Positions 30,051-40,330 are shown, counted from the first letter of the stretch. The stretch is DNA of 64,000 bases from Flavobacteriales bacterium (GCA_019912395.1 JAIOIH010000026.1:20812-84811), one strand, 5' to 3'. The notes: generated by a model from the letters alone, not told the origin. Made by a program: numbers and translations.

Positions 30051-32411
30051 TCAGTTGCGAAGCACCTTACCAGTTGTGATAATTGACTGAAGCCTTTCGA
30101 GCGTCTTGCGTTGCATACAGAGCTCCAGGAACGCCTTCCGCTCCAGATCCAACAAGTACTGCTCACTCACTTCCGTGATCTCGCTCAGGTCCCCACCGGC
30201 CAGCACGTAGCCCAGCTTCTGCGAGATCAGGGTGTCGTGTTCGCTGATGTAGTTGCCGCTCTGCATGCTGTTGGCGCCTACGTACACGATGCCCAGCGCT
30301 TCCTTGCCGAGCACCTTGATATTCTTGCGCATCGGTGGCTGGGTGTAGCCTTTGTTGGCCATGTCCAGCGCGCAGGCTTTGGCGTGGGCAAGCTGATGTT
30401 GGCGGCTCACGATCACTTCGTCCTGGCCTTCGCGCAGGTAGCCGAGTGCGAATGCCTCATGCCCGCTGGTGGCCACCTTGGCCTGACCGATGGTGAGGAA
30501 GCGATCGCGGAAACGGTTGATGCGCATGTCGCCCTCGTGCAGTTCGTCGCTGAGGCGCAGTGCGAATTCCTTGCTGCCGCCGCCGCCGGGGATCACGCCC
30601 ACACCGAATTCCACGAGACCCATGTAGGTCTCGGCGTGTGCTACCACCTTGTCGGCGTGCATGCTCAATTCGCATCCACCGCCTAGTGCGAGCTGGTGCG
30701 GCGCGGCCACCACGGGGATGGCGCTGTGCCGCATGCGCATCATGGTGTTCTGGAAGGTTCGGATGGCCATGTCCAGGTCGTCGTACTCCTGCTCCACGGC
30801 CATCATGAAGATCATGCCCACGTTGGCGCCCGCACTAAAGTTCGCGCCGTCGTTGTACACCACGAGGCCTTTGTAGCCGCCTTCCGCAAGGTCGATGGCC
30901 TTGTTGAGGCCTTGGATCACCTCCGCGCCGATGGTGTTCATCTTGCTCGTCCAGCTCACGCACAGGATGCCGTCGCCGAGATCGCGCACCACGGCCTGGC
31001 TGTTCTTCCAGACGATGCTGCTCTCGGGCAGATCCGACAGCACCAGCACGCCTTCTGCACGCGGGATCGCTTTGTAGCTCTTGCTCGCCGCATCATAGTA
31101 CATGCGCTTGCCGCCTTCGGTCTTGTAGAAGGACGTGTGGCCCGCAGCAAGCATTTCGGCTACCCATGGTGACACCCCAATGCCCGCAGCCTTCATGGCG
31201 TCCATTGCCTTCTTCACACCAACCGCGTCCCAGGTCTCGAACGGCCCCAACTCCCAGCCGAAGCCGGCGCGCAGGGCATCGTCGATCTTGTAGAGCTCGT
31301 CGGTGATCTCGGGGATCCGATGGCTCACGTACGCGAACAATCCGTGGAAGCTCTTGCGGTAGAACTCGCCGGCCTTGTCGCTGCCGTCGTAAAGGATCGT
31401 CATCCGCTTGCGCAGGTCGTCCTCCTTCTTTGCCGCGTCCATGGTGGCGAACTTGGGCTTCACTTGTGAGCGGTATTCCAGCGTCTTCAGGTCCAGCGCC
31501 ATGATCTCGCCCTTGTTCGCGCGGTCCTTGAAGAAGAAGCCCTTGCCGGTCTTGCTGCCGAGCATGTTCTTGTCGACCATCTGCTGCAAGTAGCCGGGGA
31601 TGGTGAAGAGCGCGTTCTGCTCGTCGGTCGGGCAGTTGTCCTTTACGCCCTGCGCGACTTTCACCAGCGTGTCCAGGCCGACAACGTCGGCTGTGCGGAA
31701 GGTGGCGCTTTTCGGGCGGCCCAATGCTGGACCGGTCAAACGATCGACCTCTTCCACGGTGAGGCCCATCTCTTCCACCAGGTGGAACAGGCCCATGATG
31801 CCGAACACGCCGATGCGGTTCGCGATGAAGGCGGGCGTATCCTTGCACAGCACGGTGACCTTGCCGAGCACGCGCTGGCCGTAGTCCTCCAGGAAGCTGA
31901 GCACCGCGGGATCCGTATCCGGACCGGGGATCAGCTCCAGCAAAGGCAGGTAGCGCGGCGGGTTGAAGAAGTGCGTGCCGCAGAAGTGCTTTCGGAAATC
32001 TTCACTACGTCCTTCGGCGATCGCGTGGATCGGAATGCCGCTTGTGTTCGTGGTGATCAGCGTGCCGGGCTTCCGGTGCTTCTCCACGTTCGCCAGCACC
32101 TGCTGCTTGATGTCCAGTCGCTCGATCACCACCTCGATGATCCAGTCGCAATCCTTGATCTTGGAGAGGTCGTCCTCGAAGTTGCCGGTTGTGATCCGGC
32201 TCGCAAAGGCCTTGTCGTAGATGGGGGAGGGGTTGCTCTTCAGCGCGAAGGCCAAGGCATCGTTGACGATCTTGTTCCTGTCGTCACCTTCCTTCGGGAC
32301 GATATCCAGTAGCAGCACTTCCGCGCCCACATTGGCGAAGTGGCAGGCGATGCGTGAGCCCATGACACCGGATCCGAGGACGGCCACTTTCTTGATATGT
32401 CTGTTTGGCAT
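30051..32411 (-). CDS. Bifunctional 3-hydroxyacyl-CoA dehydrogenase / enoyl-CoA hydratase (FadB/FadJ-like)
   Basis: 786 aa. Rossmann VAVLGSGVMGSRIA. C-terminal crotonase-fold region. Confidence 0.9.
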   Translation of the reverse strand: MPNRHIKKVAVLGSGVMGSRIACHFANVGAEVLLLDIVPKEGDDRNKIVNDALAFALKSNPSPIYDKAFASRITTGNFEDDLSKIKDCDWIIEVVIERLDIKQQVLANVEKHRKPGTLITTNTSGIPIHAIAEGRSEDFRKHFCGTHFFNPPRYLPLLELIPGPDTDPAVLSFLEDYGQRVLGKVTVLCKDTPAFIANRIGVFGIMGLFHLVEEMGLTVEEVDRLTGPALGRPKSATFRTADVVGLDTLVKVAQGVKDNCPTDEQNALFTIPGYLQQMVDKNMLGSKTGKGFFFKDRANKGEIMALDLKTLEYRSQVKPKFATMDAAKKEDDLRKRMTILYDGSDKAGEFYRKSFHGLFAYVSHRIPEITDELYKIDDALRAGFGWELGPFETWDAVGVKKAMDAMKAAGIGVSPWVAEMLAAGHTSFYKTEGGKRMYYDAASKSYKAIPRAEGVLVLSDLPESSIVWKNSQAVVRDLGDGILCVSWTSKMNTIGAEVIQGLNKAIDLAEGGYKGLVVYNDGANFSAGANVGMIFMMAVEQEYDDLDMAIRTFQNTMMRMRHSAIPVVAAPHQLALGGGCELSMHADKVVAHAETYMGLVEFGVGVIPGGGGSKEFALRLSDELHEGDMRINRFRDRFLTIGQAKVATSGHEAFALGYLREGQDEVIVSRQHQLAHAKACALDMANKGYTQPPMRKNIKVLGKEALGIVYVGANSMQSGNYISEHDTLISQKLGYVLAGGDLSEITEVSEQYLLDLERKAFLELCMQRKTLERLQSIITTGKVLRN

Positions 32412-32523
32412 TTTGGTTGGTTTTCTTCACCGCAACGGCGCTACGGCGCAACGGCTACGCAACGTACAGCGGTCTGAATTCTTTGGCGTTTACTTGGCGT
32501 TCGTTGCGACGTGGCGGTGAATT

Positions 32524-32958
32524 TCATTTGAAGAGTTCATCGTTGTCGAGCAACGTGTTGATCTTGTTCATCACGCTGTGGAAGGTCTGGAGCTGCGCCG
32601 CCGGGATGCTGGCGCGCACAGCCTCATTGAAGCGGATCACGGTATCCTTGCTCACGTCCCGCATCTGCTTGCCCTTGGCCGTGAGTTTCACCCGGCTCAT
32701 GCGTCCGTCGGAACTGTCGGGCACGCGCTTGATCAGCCCTTCCTTCTCCATGTTCTTCAGTGTCCGCGAGAGGCTGCGGGACTCCATGCCCATCTTGGGC
32801 CCCAGCTTGGTACTGGGCGTGCCTTCGGGATCGATGTTCAGCAGCACGTAGCCGATGCTCATGGAGCCGCCGTGCTCGGAGGCTTTCTCGTTGTAGCGCC
32901 GCATGATGCGATGCCAGGCCCAGCGGATCGGGTGGTCGATGGTGTCTTCGGGGCGCAT
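32524..32958 (-). CDS. MarR-family transcriptional regulator
   Basis: Trimmed to MRPEDTID. Winged-HTH ...LSRTLKNMEKEGLIKRVPDSSDGRMSRVKLTAKG. Divergent from or leading the fad genes. Confidence 0.75.
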   Translation of the reverse strand: MRPEDTIDHPIRWAWHRIMRRYNEKASEHGGSMSIGYVLLNIDPEGTPSTKLGPKMGMESRSLSRTLKNMEKEGLIKRVPDSSDGRMSRVKLTAKGKQMRDVSKDTVIRFNEAVRASIPAAQLQTFHSVMNKINTLLDNDELFK

Positions 32959-33083
32959 GGATGGCAAAGGTCCGAAGGTAATCAGGAAAAAGGTATGCAC
33001 GCATACCATGTGCGCGCTTCGGGGCGCTTTGGAAGTCTGTTCAGCAGCGTTCCAAGGCCAGGTGCGGAATGCAGCGCGATCGC

Positions 33084-35138
33084 CTATCGCATCAGGCTCA
33101 CATGCCCTTGGAAGGTCTCGTCGTTGACCTTCACCAGGTAGAAGTACACGCCGTCGCTGGCGGGCTCACCCTGTTCCGTCGTGCCGTTCCAGCCGTTGGA
33201 TCCACCATCGCTTTCATGGACCAGGTTGCCCCAGCGATCGAACACCTGCAGGTGAAAGCACGGGTCCAAGACCTGGGTGGTCTTCAATTTGAACCGGTCG
33301 TTCACATTGTCGCGGTTGGGCGTGAAGACATTGGGTAGCTCGAAATGGATGAGCTGGCTGTACGGAGCAACTGCTAGGGTCTGCTCTGTATAACCAACAC
33401 AGCCGGTGTTGGTGGTGGTCTGCAGGCCGATCACGGTGGCCGCATTGAAGGGGAGCAGGAACTCCGGGCCATTCTGTCCCACGGTGGTTTCCGTACCGTT
33501 CACCAGCCAAGTGGAACCCACGGTGTTCGGGCTTGTATCAAAAGCCCGTGCGCGGATGCCGAGACAGGTGGTGTCCGTGGTCACGGTGAATTCCGCCGGA
33601 GGGGTGGTGAGGATATTGACCGGCTGGATGGTCTCCATGGAGCATCCGTCCACGGAGCGCTCCACGGTGATCTGGCCGATGCCGGGTGCGCCCCATGCGA
33701 TGGTGATGCAGTTGCCGTCCGCATCGGATTCGATCGTTCCGCCGGTCACGGTCCACGTGTAGGTGGCGTTCTCCACCAGTTCCGTGCAATACTCCGTTGT
33801 GGTCTGCCCGGAGCACCCGATGCCGAGCCCGGAGATGCTGGGCGGTGCGAAACTGGGGACCACCTCAATGGAGATGGTGGCGCTGTACGTGCCGGGTGGG
33901 CAGGCATCGTCATACACCAGCACGGAGAAGTGGTAGGGATCGCTGCTGCCCTGATCACATGCGGTGGTCCAGCAGAATTGGGAGGTGAGCAGGCTGTCCC
34001 CGGTGCTTGGACCGGTGAGCGCTGCCGGCGGATCGGTGAGGGTGCTTTCGAAGATGCCACCGATGGCACTGATGGTCATCAGGTCCCCGTCAACGTCCAC
34101 GAAATCCAGCGGGAAACAGAGTTGCTCGCCGGCCACCACCTGATAGGAGGTAGTGAGCTCACCACTGAGCGGCATCGGGGCGGTGTTGGTTCCGCTGCAG
34201 GGTACACTGAGCAGTTGGAGGTCGCTGCGGATCACGCCGATCAATTGCCCGTTCCGGAATTCCTTCACTTCAACGGCCACCACCCAATTACCGATCAAGG
34301 TGGTCCCGTATTGCGTGGCACCGGTCACGGAGTTGATGCTGGCGAAACCGGATGCACCGAATGGCGCAATGGCGCTGTAGGTCGCGCCGAACTGCACGGG
34401 CGCCAGCGGCCAGAAGAGCGTGGTTGGCGGGGCGGCAATGCCCCCAACGTCATCCTGGGAGGCGTAGGGTGTCTCGAAGCTGAACACGAGGGAATCGCCA
34501 TCGCTATCCACCGCCGCATTGCTGAAGGCCGTGGTGTCGCTGATGCAGATGTACGGCACGGGCGTTCCGGTGAACACCGGTGAGGAGTTGACGATGGACG
34601 TGGGCGGTACATAGGAGTAAAAGCCCATACCGGTTCCCCCGGGATCGACAAGGTTATCGATGGCTTCGTTCCGGGCGAACAACTGCACGTACAGGTGGAA
34701 GCCGGTGGGGCTGCCCGAGAGCACCACTTCACCCTCCAATCGGCTTTCTTCCACGCATTGGCCATCACCCAGGCTGCATCCATCGGACAGGTCCGGCGTG
34801 ATCACCCCGTAGGAGGTCACATAGACCGGGGCCGTGGTGATCCGTACCTTGTTGGCGTTGGGCGCATTGGGGTCGTCCGCGTAAACCCCGACCGGCAAGC
34901 CGGTGGTGGGGGAACCCACGATATCGATCACGGAAGGAAAGCTGGATCCCGGTCCGCAGTTCACGAACAGGCGGAGGATCAGTTTGTAGCGGTACTCCCC
35001 GGTTCCGGGAGCGGTCTCGCCGAGGTAGCGGTACCCCAGATCCCCGCCCACGATGTGCGTGGCGCTCGCGGCCAAGGCGAGGGTGAAGGCAGGAATCAGG
35101 AGCAACAGGCGCATGAGCCTGGGGAGTAAAATGGCCAT
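33084..35138 (-). CDS. Large secreted protein with T9SS type B (gliding-motility-associated, CHU_C) C-terminal sorting domain
   Basis: Signal peptide MAILLPRLMRLLLLIPAFTLALAASA. C-terminus LPNVFTPNRDNVNDRFKLK...FDRWGNLVHESDGGSNGWNGT...GVYFYLVKV matches the type B sorting domain. 684 aa. Confidence 0.7.
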   Translation of the reverse strand: MAILLPRLMRLLLLIPAFTLALAASATHIVGGDLGYRYLGETAPGTGEYRYKLILRLFVNCGPGSSFPSVIDIVGSPTTGLPVGVYADDPNAPNANKVRITTAPVYVTSYGVITPDLSDGCSLGDGQCVEESRLEGEVVLSGSPTGFHLYVQLFARNEAIDNLVDPGGTGMGFYSYVPPTSIVNSSPVFTGTPVPYICISDTTAFSNAAVDSDGDSLVFSFETPYASQDDVGGIAAPPTTLFWPLAPVQFGATYSAIAPFGASGFASINSVTGATQYGTTLIGNWVVAVEVKEFRNGQLIGVIRSDLQLLSVPCSGTNTAPMPLSGELTTSYQVVAGEQLCFPLDFVDVDGDLMTISAIGGIFESTLTDPPAALTGPSTGDSLLTSQFCWTTACDQGSSDPYHFSVLVYDDACPPGTYSATISIEVVPSFAPPSISGLGIGCSGQTTTEYCTELVENATYTWTVTGGTIESDADGNCITIAWGAPGIGQITVERSVDGCSMETIQPVNILTTPPAEFTVTTDTTCLGIRARAFDTSPNTVGSTWLVNGTETTVGQNGPEFLLPFNAATVIGLQTTTNTGCVGYTEQTLAVAPYSQLIHFELPNVFTPNRDNVNDRFKLKTTQVLDPCFHLQVFDRWGNLVHESDGGSNGWNGTTEQGEPASDGVYFYLVKVNDETFQGHVSLMR

Positions 35139-35262
35139 TGGGGTCGGATTAAGGGGTCACCAAAGTAGTGGAATCGGTGGGAACGCAAGGGCATGAGCGG
35201 AAAATTAATTCGATGTTCCGCTTGCGGTTGGCGATCTTCGGCCCCTCAAATTGAGCTTCCTG

Positions 35263-36180
35263 ATGATCCGTGTACGACAGCTCCTGCCCCTGCTCGGCCT
35301 GTGCGCCGTTCTGGCCTGCAAGAAGGAACAACCCGCCCCGGTTCCATCCGCCCCTGCGGAGAACAGCCCCCGATTGATCATGAAGTTCAGGCTGGACAGT
35401 ACGCAGGTGCGCCTGGGCAACCTCGGGCAGCCCGTTGCGGTACCTGCGGGGCACGGTGCCCAAAGCCCGCGGTTCAATGCCATCAGTGCGCACTACGTGG
35501 AGTTCGCACCCTTGGCATTCACGGCACTCGGCACCGGAGCCGTGGTGTACCATGCCCCGGAGACCACCCTCGGCGGAAGCACAGCGATCGACTTCGCGCA
35601 GGAAGTGCATGCGGGGGATGGCGAAACCTTCCTGGACATCCCCCTGGCGTCCTTGCCGGTAGGGAGCTATGCGTGGTTGCGCGTTTCCCTGTCCTACCAG
35701 AACTACGATGTGGACTTCCGGTATACCGATACGGTCTTCGGCCTTGGTGCGCTTGACCTCACGGGTACCATTGCCTCGTTCATCGGTTTCAACACCTACA
35801 TCGGTTCCTTCAACGTGGGGCAGCAGCAGGTGGTGGTGAACGGCAACCGGACCCAGGGCTATTGGGCCTTCGAGGTGAACAACCCGCCGGTCCCGCTTGC
35901 TCCCATCACCGGCCAAGCGCCTGCAGGGGCCACCACGGTGGTGAACCCGTTGTTCAACTCTTCACCCATCCCCGCCGGGTCGTGCGTGGCCACAGGCGCA
36001 TTCGCCTCACCCTTGGTCATCACCGGGAATGAGACCCAGGACGTGACGATCACCGTAGCGCTCAGCACGAACAGGAGCTTCGAGTGGACGGACAGTTCGG
36101 GCGACGGGGTTTTTGAGCCGTTGGCCGGGGATACCGTGGTGGACATGGGCGTCCGCGGGCTGATCCCTATCGTGGAGTGA
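35263..36180 (+). CDS. Hypothetical lipoprotein
   Basis: The track start 35251 is a TTG; ATG 35263 gives MIRVRQLLPLLGLCAVLAC with a lipobox. About 305 aa, no recognisable family. Confidence 0.45.
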   Translation: MIRVRQLLPLLGLCAVLACKKEQPAPVPSAPAENSPRLIMKFRLDSTQVRLGNLGQPVAVPAGHGAQSPRFNAISAHYVEFAPLAFTALGTGAVVYHAPETTLGGSTAIDFAQEVHAGDGETFLDIPLASLPVGSYAWLRVSLSYQNYDVDFRYTDTVFGLGALDLTGTIASFIGFNTYIGSFNVGQQQVVVNGNRTQGYWAFEVNNPPVPLAPITGQAPAGATTVVNPLFNSSPIPAGSCVATGAFASPLVITGNETQDVTITVALSTNRSFEWTDSSGDGVFEPLAGDTVVDMGVRGLIPIVE

Positions 36181-36930
36181 TCAGAGCGGCTCCTTCGGGA
36201 AGCGGGGCAGGCCATCCACCAGCAGGATCATCCGCTTCCCGTCGTACCGGTACCTGATCCGGTCCGAGGCGAACATCGCTTCCAGATGGCCTTGCAGGTC
36301 ATCATAGAGCTGAACACTGTCCGTGGTGAAGCTGAACTCGAACTGACCATCGGCACCGCTCACCCATGTTTGGGGAGCGATATTGGTGCGCCATTGCTGC
36401 AGACTGTCCAAGCGTGTTCTCCAGCCGCGAGCGGCCACATCGAGCCAGCCCAGGTTGGTGAAGCGGTGATCCTTCAGCAGGAAGACATTCTGCCCCCAGC
36501 TCTGCAAGCCTCCGTAGTTGGCCAGGATGATGATGCCGTCCGCCGTGTCATCGGTGGTGAAAAACGTGGGCAGCATCACTTCGCTGTCATACGCGGGCTT
36601 GGAGACCGCTAGCACTTCGGCAGTGCTGTCCGACCGGGGGCGGTACTGGATCAAGCGGAGGCCCTCGCGGTTGTCCTCCATGTTCTTTCCGGCAAGCACG
36701 AAAGTGCCATCGCCCAGCCCATGGATGGTGTAGATCAGGAGCGTATCGTCGCGCACATTGTCCTCCAGGTTGGGCAGGTCCCGCAAGTGGAACGGCTTTG
36801 CGTTGGCGATCGGTGCGACCGTTCCGCGCAGTGTGGTGTCGTTCTTTTCGGCAACGTTCTCCGGCCTCCCCTCCGGGGACATGCAGGATGCCAGTGCCAG
36901 CACGGCGGTGATCAGGGTGATGTGCTTCAT
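36181..36930 (-). CDS. Hypothetical lipoprotein
   Basis: MKHITLITAVLALASC lipobox. 249 aa. Its start overlaps the stop of the upstream DUF2807 gene by 4 nt. Confidence 0.45.
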   Translation of the reverse strand: MKHITLITAVLALASCMSPEGRPENVAEKNDTTLRGTVAPIANAKPFHLRDLPNLEDNVRDDTLLIYTIHGLGDGTFVLAGKNMEDNREGLRLIQYRPRSDSTAEVLAVSKPAYDSEVMLPTFFTTDDTADGIIILANYGGLQSWGQNVFLLKDHRFTNLGWLDVAARGWRTRLDSLQQWRTNIAPQTWVSGADGQFEFSFTTDSVQLYDDLQGHLEAMFASDRIRYRYDGKRMILLVDGLPRFPKEPL

Positions 36931-37634
36931 TGCAGAGGGGATACCGAACCGCTGCCGGAGACCTTGGAGCTTACGTTCGGCATGCCACCGTAGCGTACGG
37001 TTCCGCTGCCGGAGACCTTCGCGTCCAACTTGCTGATGGCGGTGATGGTGGCGCTGCCGCTGCCGGAGACCTTGAGTACCGCTTCATTGGCGGTGAGTTC
37101 TTCCCCGATCAGGTCGCCACTGCCGGAAAGCGTGGCGCTCAATTCGCTGCACGTGCCGCGAACGGTGATGGCACCGCTGCCTGAGATGGACAGGTCCAAT
37201 TTCCTCTCATTGATCCCGGCAACGGTGATCGTGCCGCTTCCGGACGTGGACAACCGAGTATTCCCCGAGCCAAAGACGTCCGCCGTGCCCACATCCGCGC
37301 TTCCGTTGACTTCAATGGAATTGATCAGGGAAGGCGTGACGATATGCACGGTGAACTCCGAATCGGAGGACCAGCACTTCGAGGTCCGGATGCGCCATAC
37401 ATCACTTTTCACCTCCGTGTTCAACAGGTCGAGCAATACCGGCTGTGCGGTCACCGTGATCTTCTGCTCGGACCCCTTCTCCAAGGTCACCTGTATGGAG
37501 CCGCCCACTTCGATCCCGGAAAAAGAAGCGATCTCCAACGTTCGTTCCTCCACGGGCCCGCTGCCTTGGACGCAGTTCATGGTGCAGCCTGTGGTGAGCA
37601 GGGTGGTCAGGGCGAGAAGGGCAAGCGTTTTCAT
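36927..37634 (-). CDS. DUF2807 / head-GIN-domain (putative adhesin-like beta-helix) lipoprotein
   Basis: MKTLALLALTTLLTTGC lipobox. Repeated SGSG...I(T/S)(V/A) beta-helix-like units (SGSGTITVAG, SGSGAITVRG, SGSGSATITA, SGSGTVRYGG). Confidence 0.6.
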   Translation of the reverse strand: MKTLALLALTTLLTTGCTMNCVQGSGPVEERTLEIASFSGIEVGGSIQVTLEKGSEQKITVTAQPVLLDLLNTEVKSDVWRIRTSKCWSSDSEFTVHIVTPSLINSIEVNGSADVGTADVFGSGNTRLSTSGSGTITVAGINERKLDLSISGSGAITVRGTCSELSATLSGSGDLIGEELTANEAVLKVSGSGSATITAISKLDAKVSGSGTVRYGGMPNVSSKVSGSGSVSPLQ

Positions 37635-37881
37635 GGGTGCGAAGCGGATGGCTTATCGGTGTGGTCGGCCGTGTAAAGGAATAAAGGATCGGCGATCTGG
37701 CGATGGGGAGGTGCGGCGATGCGCGTTCTGAAGGGCCCGTACATGGCGTTTCACCCCGCAATGGCATGGGGGACAGTACACTTCGGAGCTGAAATGGGGG
37801 AACCTTGCATGGTCTGATGCGTATCAGGCCCATATTCCTGAAAGGTGGCCCCGCCGGGTTGCCGCAGCATTGAATTGAACC

Positions 37882-38478
37882 ATGGATCACGCCATTCCGC
37901 TTCCGGAAATGGGCCATCGTTGGCTGGACAGAACGAGAAGTCGCTTTCTGGCTGATCCCTCGGCCATCTTGATCTTTGAGCATTCGGGTTCAGTGCATCC
38001 GGAAACAGTACCCGAATTCCTGGAACTGGCGGAGCAGCACAGCCACGCCCACGGCGATCCGGTGCTGGTGCGCAAAAGGCTGATGCATGTGCTGGTGGAA
38101 GCGGTGGACAACCTGAGCCGCCACGCCTTGGGCATCCTGAACGACGCTTCATTCGCCTTGCTGGTGCGGGACCGTTCGGGCTACCGCTTGGCCACGGGCA
38201 ATGCGGTCCCCTATGCCACGGGCATGCTGCTTTCCCACCGGGTGGAGGTCCTGAACCTGATGGGGCAGGAGGACCTGAAGGAACATTACCTGAAGGTTCT
38301 GGCCGGCAATGCCCGCTCATCGAACGGTGGTGCTGGCCTGGGCCTGCTGACGCTGGCGAGGAAAAGCGCGGGTCCGCTCGTTACCTCCAGCGATCCACTG
38401 GGTCCCTTTACCTCGTATTTCACGTTCGAGATGAGAGTGGGCGGGAAGAACGAAGACCCCGACAGGCCAGCAGCTTGA
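37882..38478 (+). CDS. Small GHKL (histidine-kinase-like ATPase) fold protein, possible anti-sigma-factor / SiaB-like serine kinase. Orphan.
   Basis: 198 aa. G-box-like NGGAGLGLLTLARKS. No partner STAS/anti-anti-sigma gene nearby. Family assignment is tentative. Confidence 0.35.
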   Translation: MDHAIPLPEMGHRWLDRTRSRFLADPSAILIFEHSGSVHPETVPEFLELAEQHSHAHGDPVLVRKRLMHVLVEAVDNLSRHALGILNDASFALLVRDRSGYRLATGNAVPYATGMLLSHRVEVLNLMGQEDLKEHYLKVLAGNARSSNGGAGLGLLTLARKSAGPLVTSSDPLGPFTSYFTFEMRVGGKNEDPDRPAA

Positions 38479-38550
38479 TCGTAGGGAACCAGATGCCTTC
38501 GGCAGCGGGTACGCTACGGGCACTGCACCCTTCCCCAGGCCACCGACCTG

Positions 38551-39762
38551 TCAGACGCTGCCCCCCGCCGCGTAATCCGCGAGGTACTTGAAAGGTCCGG
38601 TGAGCTTACCCCCCTTGGCGATGGTGGCCCGGTCGATCATTCCCTCGCCATCATCCCCGGTGAGATGGGGCAGCACGAAGGTCATCAGGTCGCGCCCGAA
38701 CGATTTCGATGAATCACGCGGGAGCTCGCAAGGCAGGTTGTCCACGGACATCACCGTGATGCTTCCCGGCTTGCCCACCGGGCATTCCTTCTCCGTGGCG
38801 GGGTCATATCCGAAGAACGGGTCGGCGATGGTGCTGGCTCGCAACGTACTGTCGATCGGCCCGCCGATATCGCAACTTATGTCGGCAACCACGCGCAGCT
38901 TGATGTCGGGATCCCTCAGGTCTTCGGCGGAAAGGATCTTCGGCCCGCGGGCATCCCAGAAATGGCAGGCGATGTAGATCTGCGCACGCTTGATGAAGGG
39001 GAGGAATTCCGCTCGGTGCCCACGGGGGTCGGCATGGAAGGCGGCCCGGTCGAAGGGCTCTCCATCATCCCGGACGTAGAGGTCCGCGCTTCCGAGGATC
39101 GTATACACCGGATGGTCGAACGTGTGCTGAAGAAAGTCGTTCGGAGATACGTTGATCACACCGGCGCGGTCCAGGGTCTCCATGGCTCCATGGCCGACGC
39201 GCCCCGTCCCGGTGAGCACGATGCGAAGATCCTTCGGCAATTGGACCGCAGCCAAGTGCAGGTCCATCTCGGCGCGATCATGGCAGGCATTGGCGGACTT
39301 CAACAATGGACCTTCGGTGGTGACTTGCCAAGCGCGAACAGCGTTGTACGCACCCACCACGCCGGCCCATTTCCCGAAGGCCAGTACCCGTTGTCCCTTC
39401 GTGTTCGTGAGCAGTTCATGGTCGATCAACGTGATCCGTCGGTCCAGCACGGTATGGAGCAATTTGGCGTTGTGCGGCTGCTGCTTGATGGTATGGGAGA
39501 AGAAGAGGTAGGCCTTGTCCGCCATCAACATGTCCAACGGGACCTCCTTCACACCGATGATCAGGTCGCGGTCCGTGAGGTCCTCGGTGACACGCACGTT
39601 CTGTGCCGTGTACTCCGCATCGGTGTATGCGCGGACGGGACTGCGCTGCACGGCGATGTCGATACCTTGGAGCATGGCCTCATGGCACTGCTTGGGCGTA
39701 AGCGGAACGCGGCGATCGGGCGGTGCCTTGCCTTCACGGATGATGCCTATCTTCTTGAACAT
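38551..39762 (-). CDS. Alanine-dehydrogenase/PNT-fold NAD(P) oxidoreductase (saccharopine dehydrogenase-like)
   Basis: Trimmed to MFKKIGIIREGKAPPDRRVPLTPKQ (AlaDh/PNT N-terminal domain). Rossmann VLTGTGRVGHGAMETL. About 403 aa. Confidence 0.65.
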   Translation of the reverse strand: MFKKIGIIREGKAPPDRRVPLTPKQCHEAMLQGIDIAVQRSPVRAYTDAEYTAQNVRVTEDLTDRDLIIGVKEVPLDMLMADKAYLFFSHTIKQQPHNAKLLHTVLDRRITLIDHELLTNTKGQRVLAFGKWAGVVGAYNAVRAWQVTTEGPLLKSANACHDRAEMDLHLAAVQLPKDLRIVLTGTGRVGHGAMETLDRAGVINVSPNDFLQHTFDHPVYTILGSADLYVRDDGEPFDRAAFHADPRGHRAEFLPFIKRAQIYIACHFWDARGPKILSAEDLRDPDIKLRVVADISCDIGGPIDSTLRASTIADPFFGYDPATEKECPVGKPGSITVMSVDNLPCELPRDSSKSFGRDLMTFVLPHLTGDDGEGMIDRATIAKGGKLTGPFKYLADYAAGGSV

Positions 39763-39927
39763 GGAGTGAATAAGGGTGCGCGAATGTAGAATTTGCTGCC
39801 GAGGCGTTCTCAATTGAAAACGGCTGGTGGCAGGTGACCGGGGAAATGCTGCCGCCGGTCACCATTCACGGATCTGGCTCCGGATGCCGTATCTTTGCAG
39901 TGTTCCTTGAAAAGCACTGCCCACATT

Positions 39928-40322
39928 GGGGCCGACATGGTTTCGACAGCGGCTACGTAGTGCGTGTAAGCATGCAGAGCATTGAGGATGACGCTCTTTA
40001 AACTCGATCTTCAAGCCTTAACCGGCAACACTGAGTACGCACTTGCTGCCTAATAGCCCAAGGCTATGAAGCTTCACCCCGTGAACAACAGTAGCGGGGG
40101 CAAGTACCCCTCGGGGAGGCCCGCAACCCTCCTTCCCGGCCCAGGGGTATCATCATGGGAAGCTGGTCAGCGCGGTGGTCCGAAGCGCTGATGAGACAAC
40201 AGGACCTAAGTTGTCAGTAGGGTGTCCTTTCCCGGCTGGCTCTCGAAAACCAACGAAGGAAGAAGCATGTGGAAAGCTCGTGGTACGGTCGTTTGGACGA
40301 GGGTTCGAATCCCTCCGGCTCC
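39928..40322 (+). ncRNA. ssrA: tmRNA (ssrA)
   Basis: 5' end GGGGCCGACATGGTTTCGACAG. Tag reading frame GGC AAC ACT GAG TAC GCA CTT GCT GCC TAA TAG gives GNTEYALAA with double stop (about 40024-40056). 3' tRNA-like domain GGACGAGGGTTCGAATCCCTCCGGCTCCA. Acceptor pairing has a G3:U70 wobble, the Ala identity element. Confidence 0.9.
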
Positions 40323-40330
40323 ACTCGCCT

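Noticed and set aside
39763-39927. Lysine riboswitch upstream of the saccharopine-dehydrogenase-like gene
   Set aside because: The leader is only about 160 nt and lacks the recognisable conserved lysine-box elements. The 9-bp inverted repeat at about 39832-39862 is more simply a hairpin separating this gene from the tmRNA promoter.
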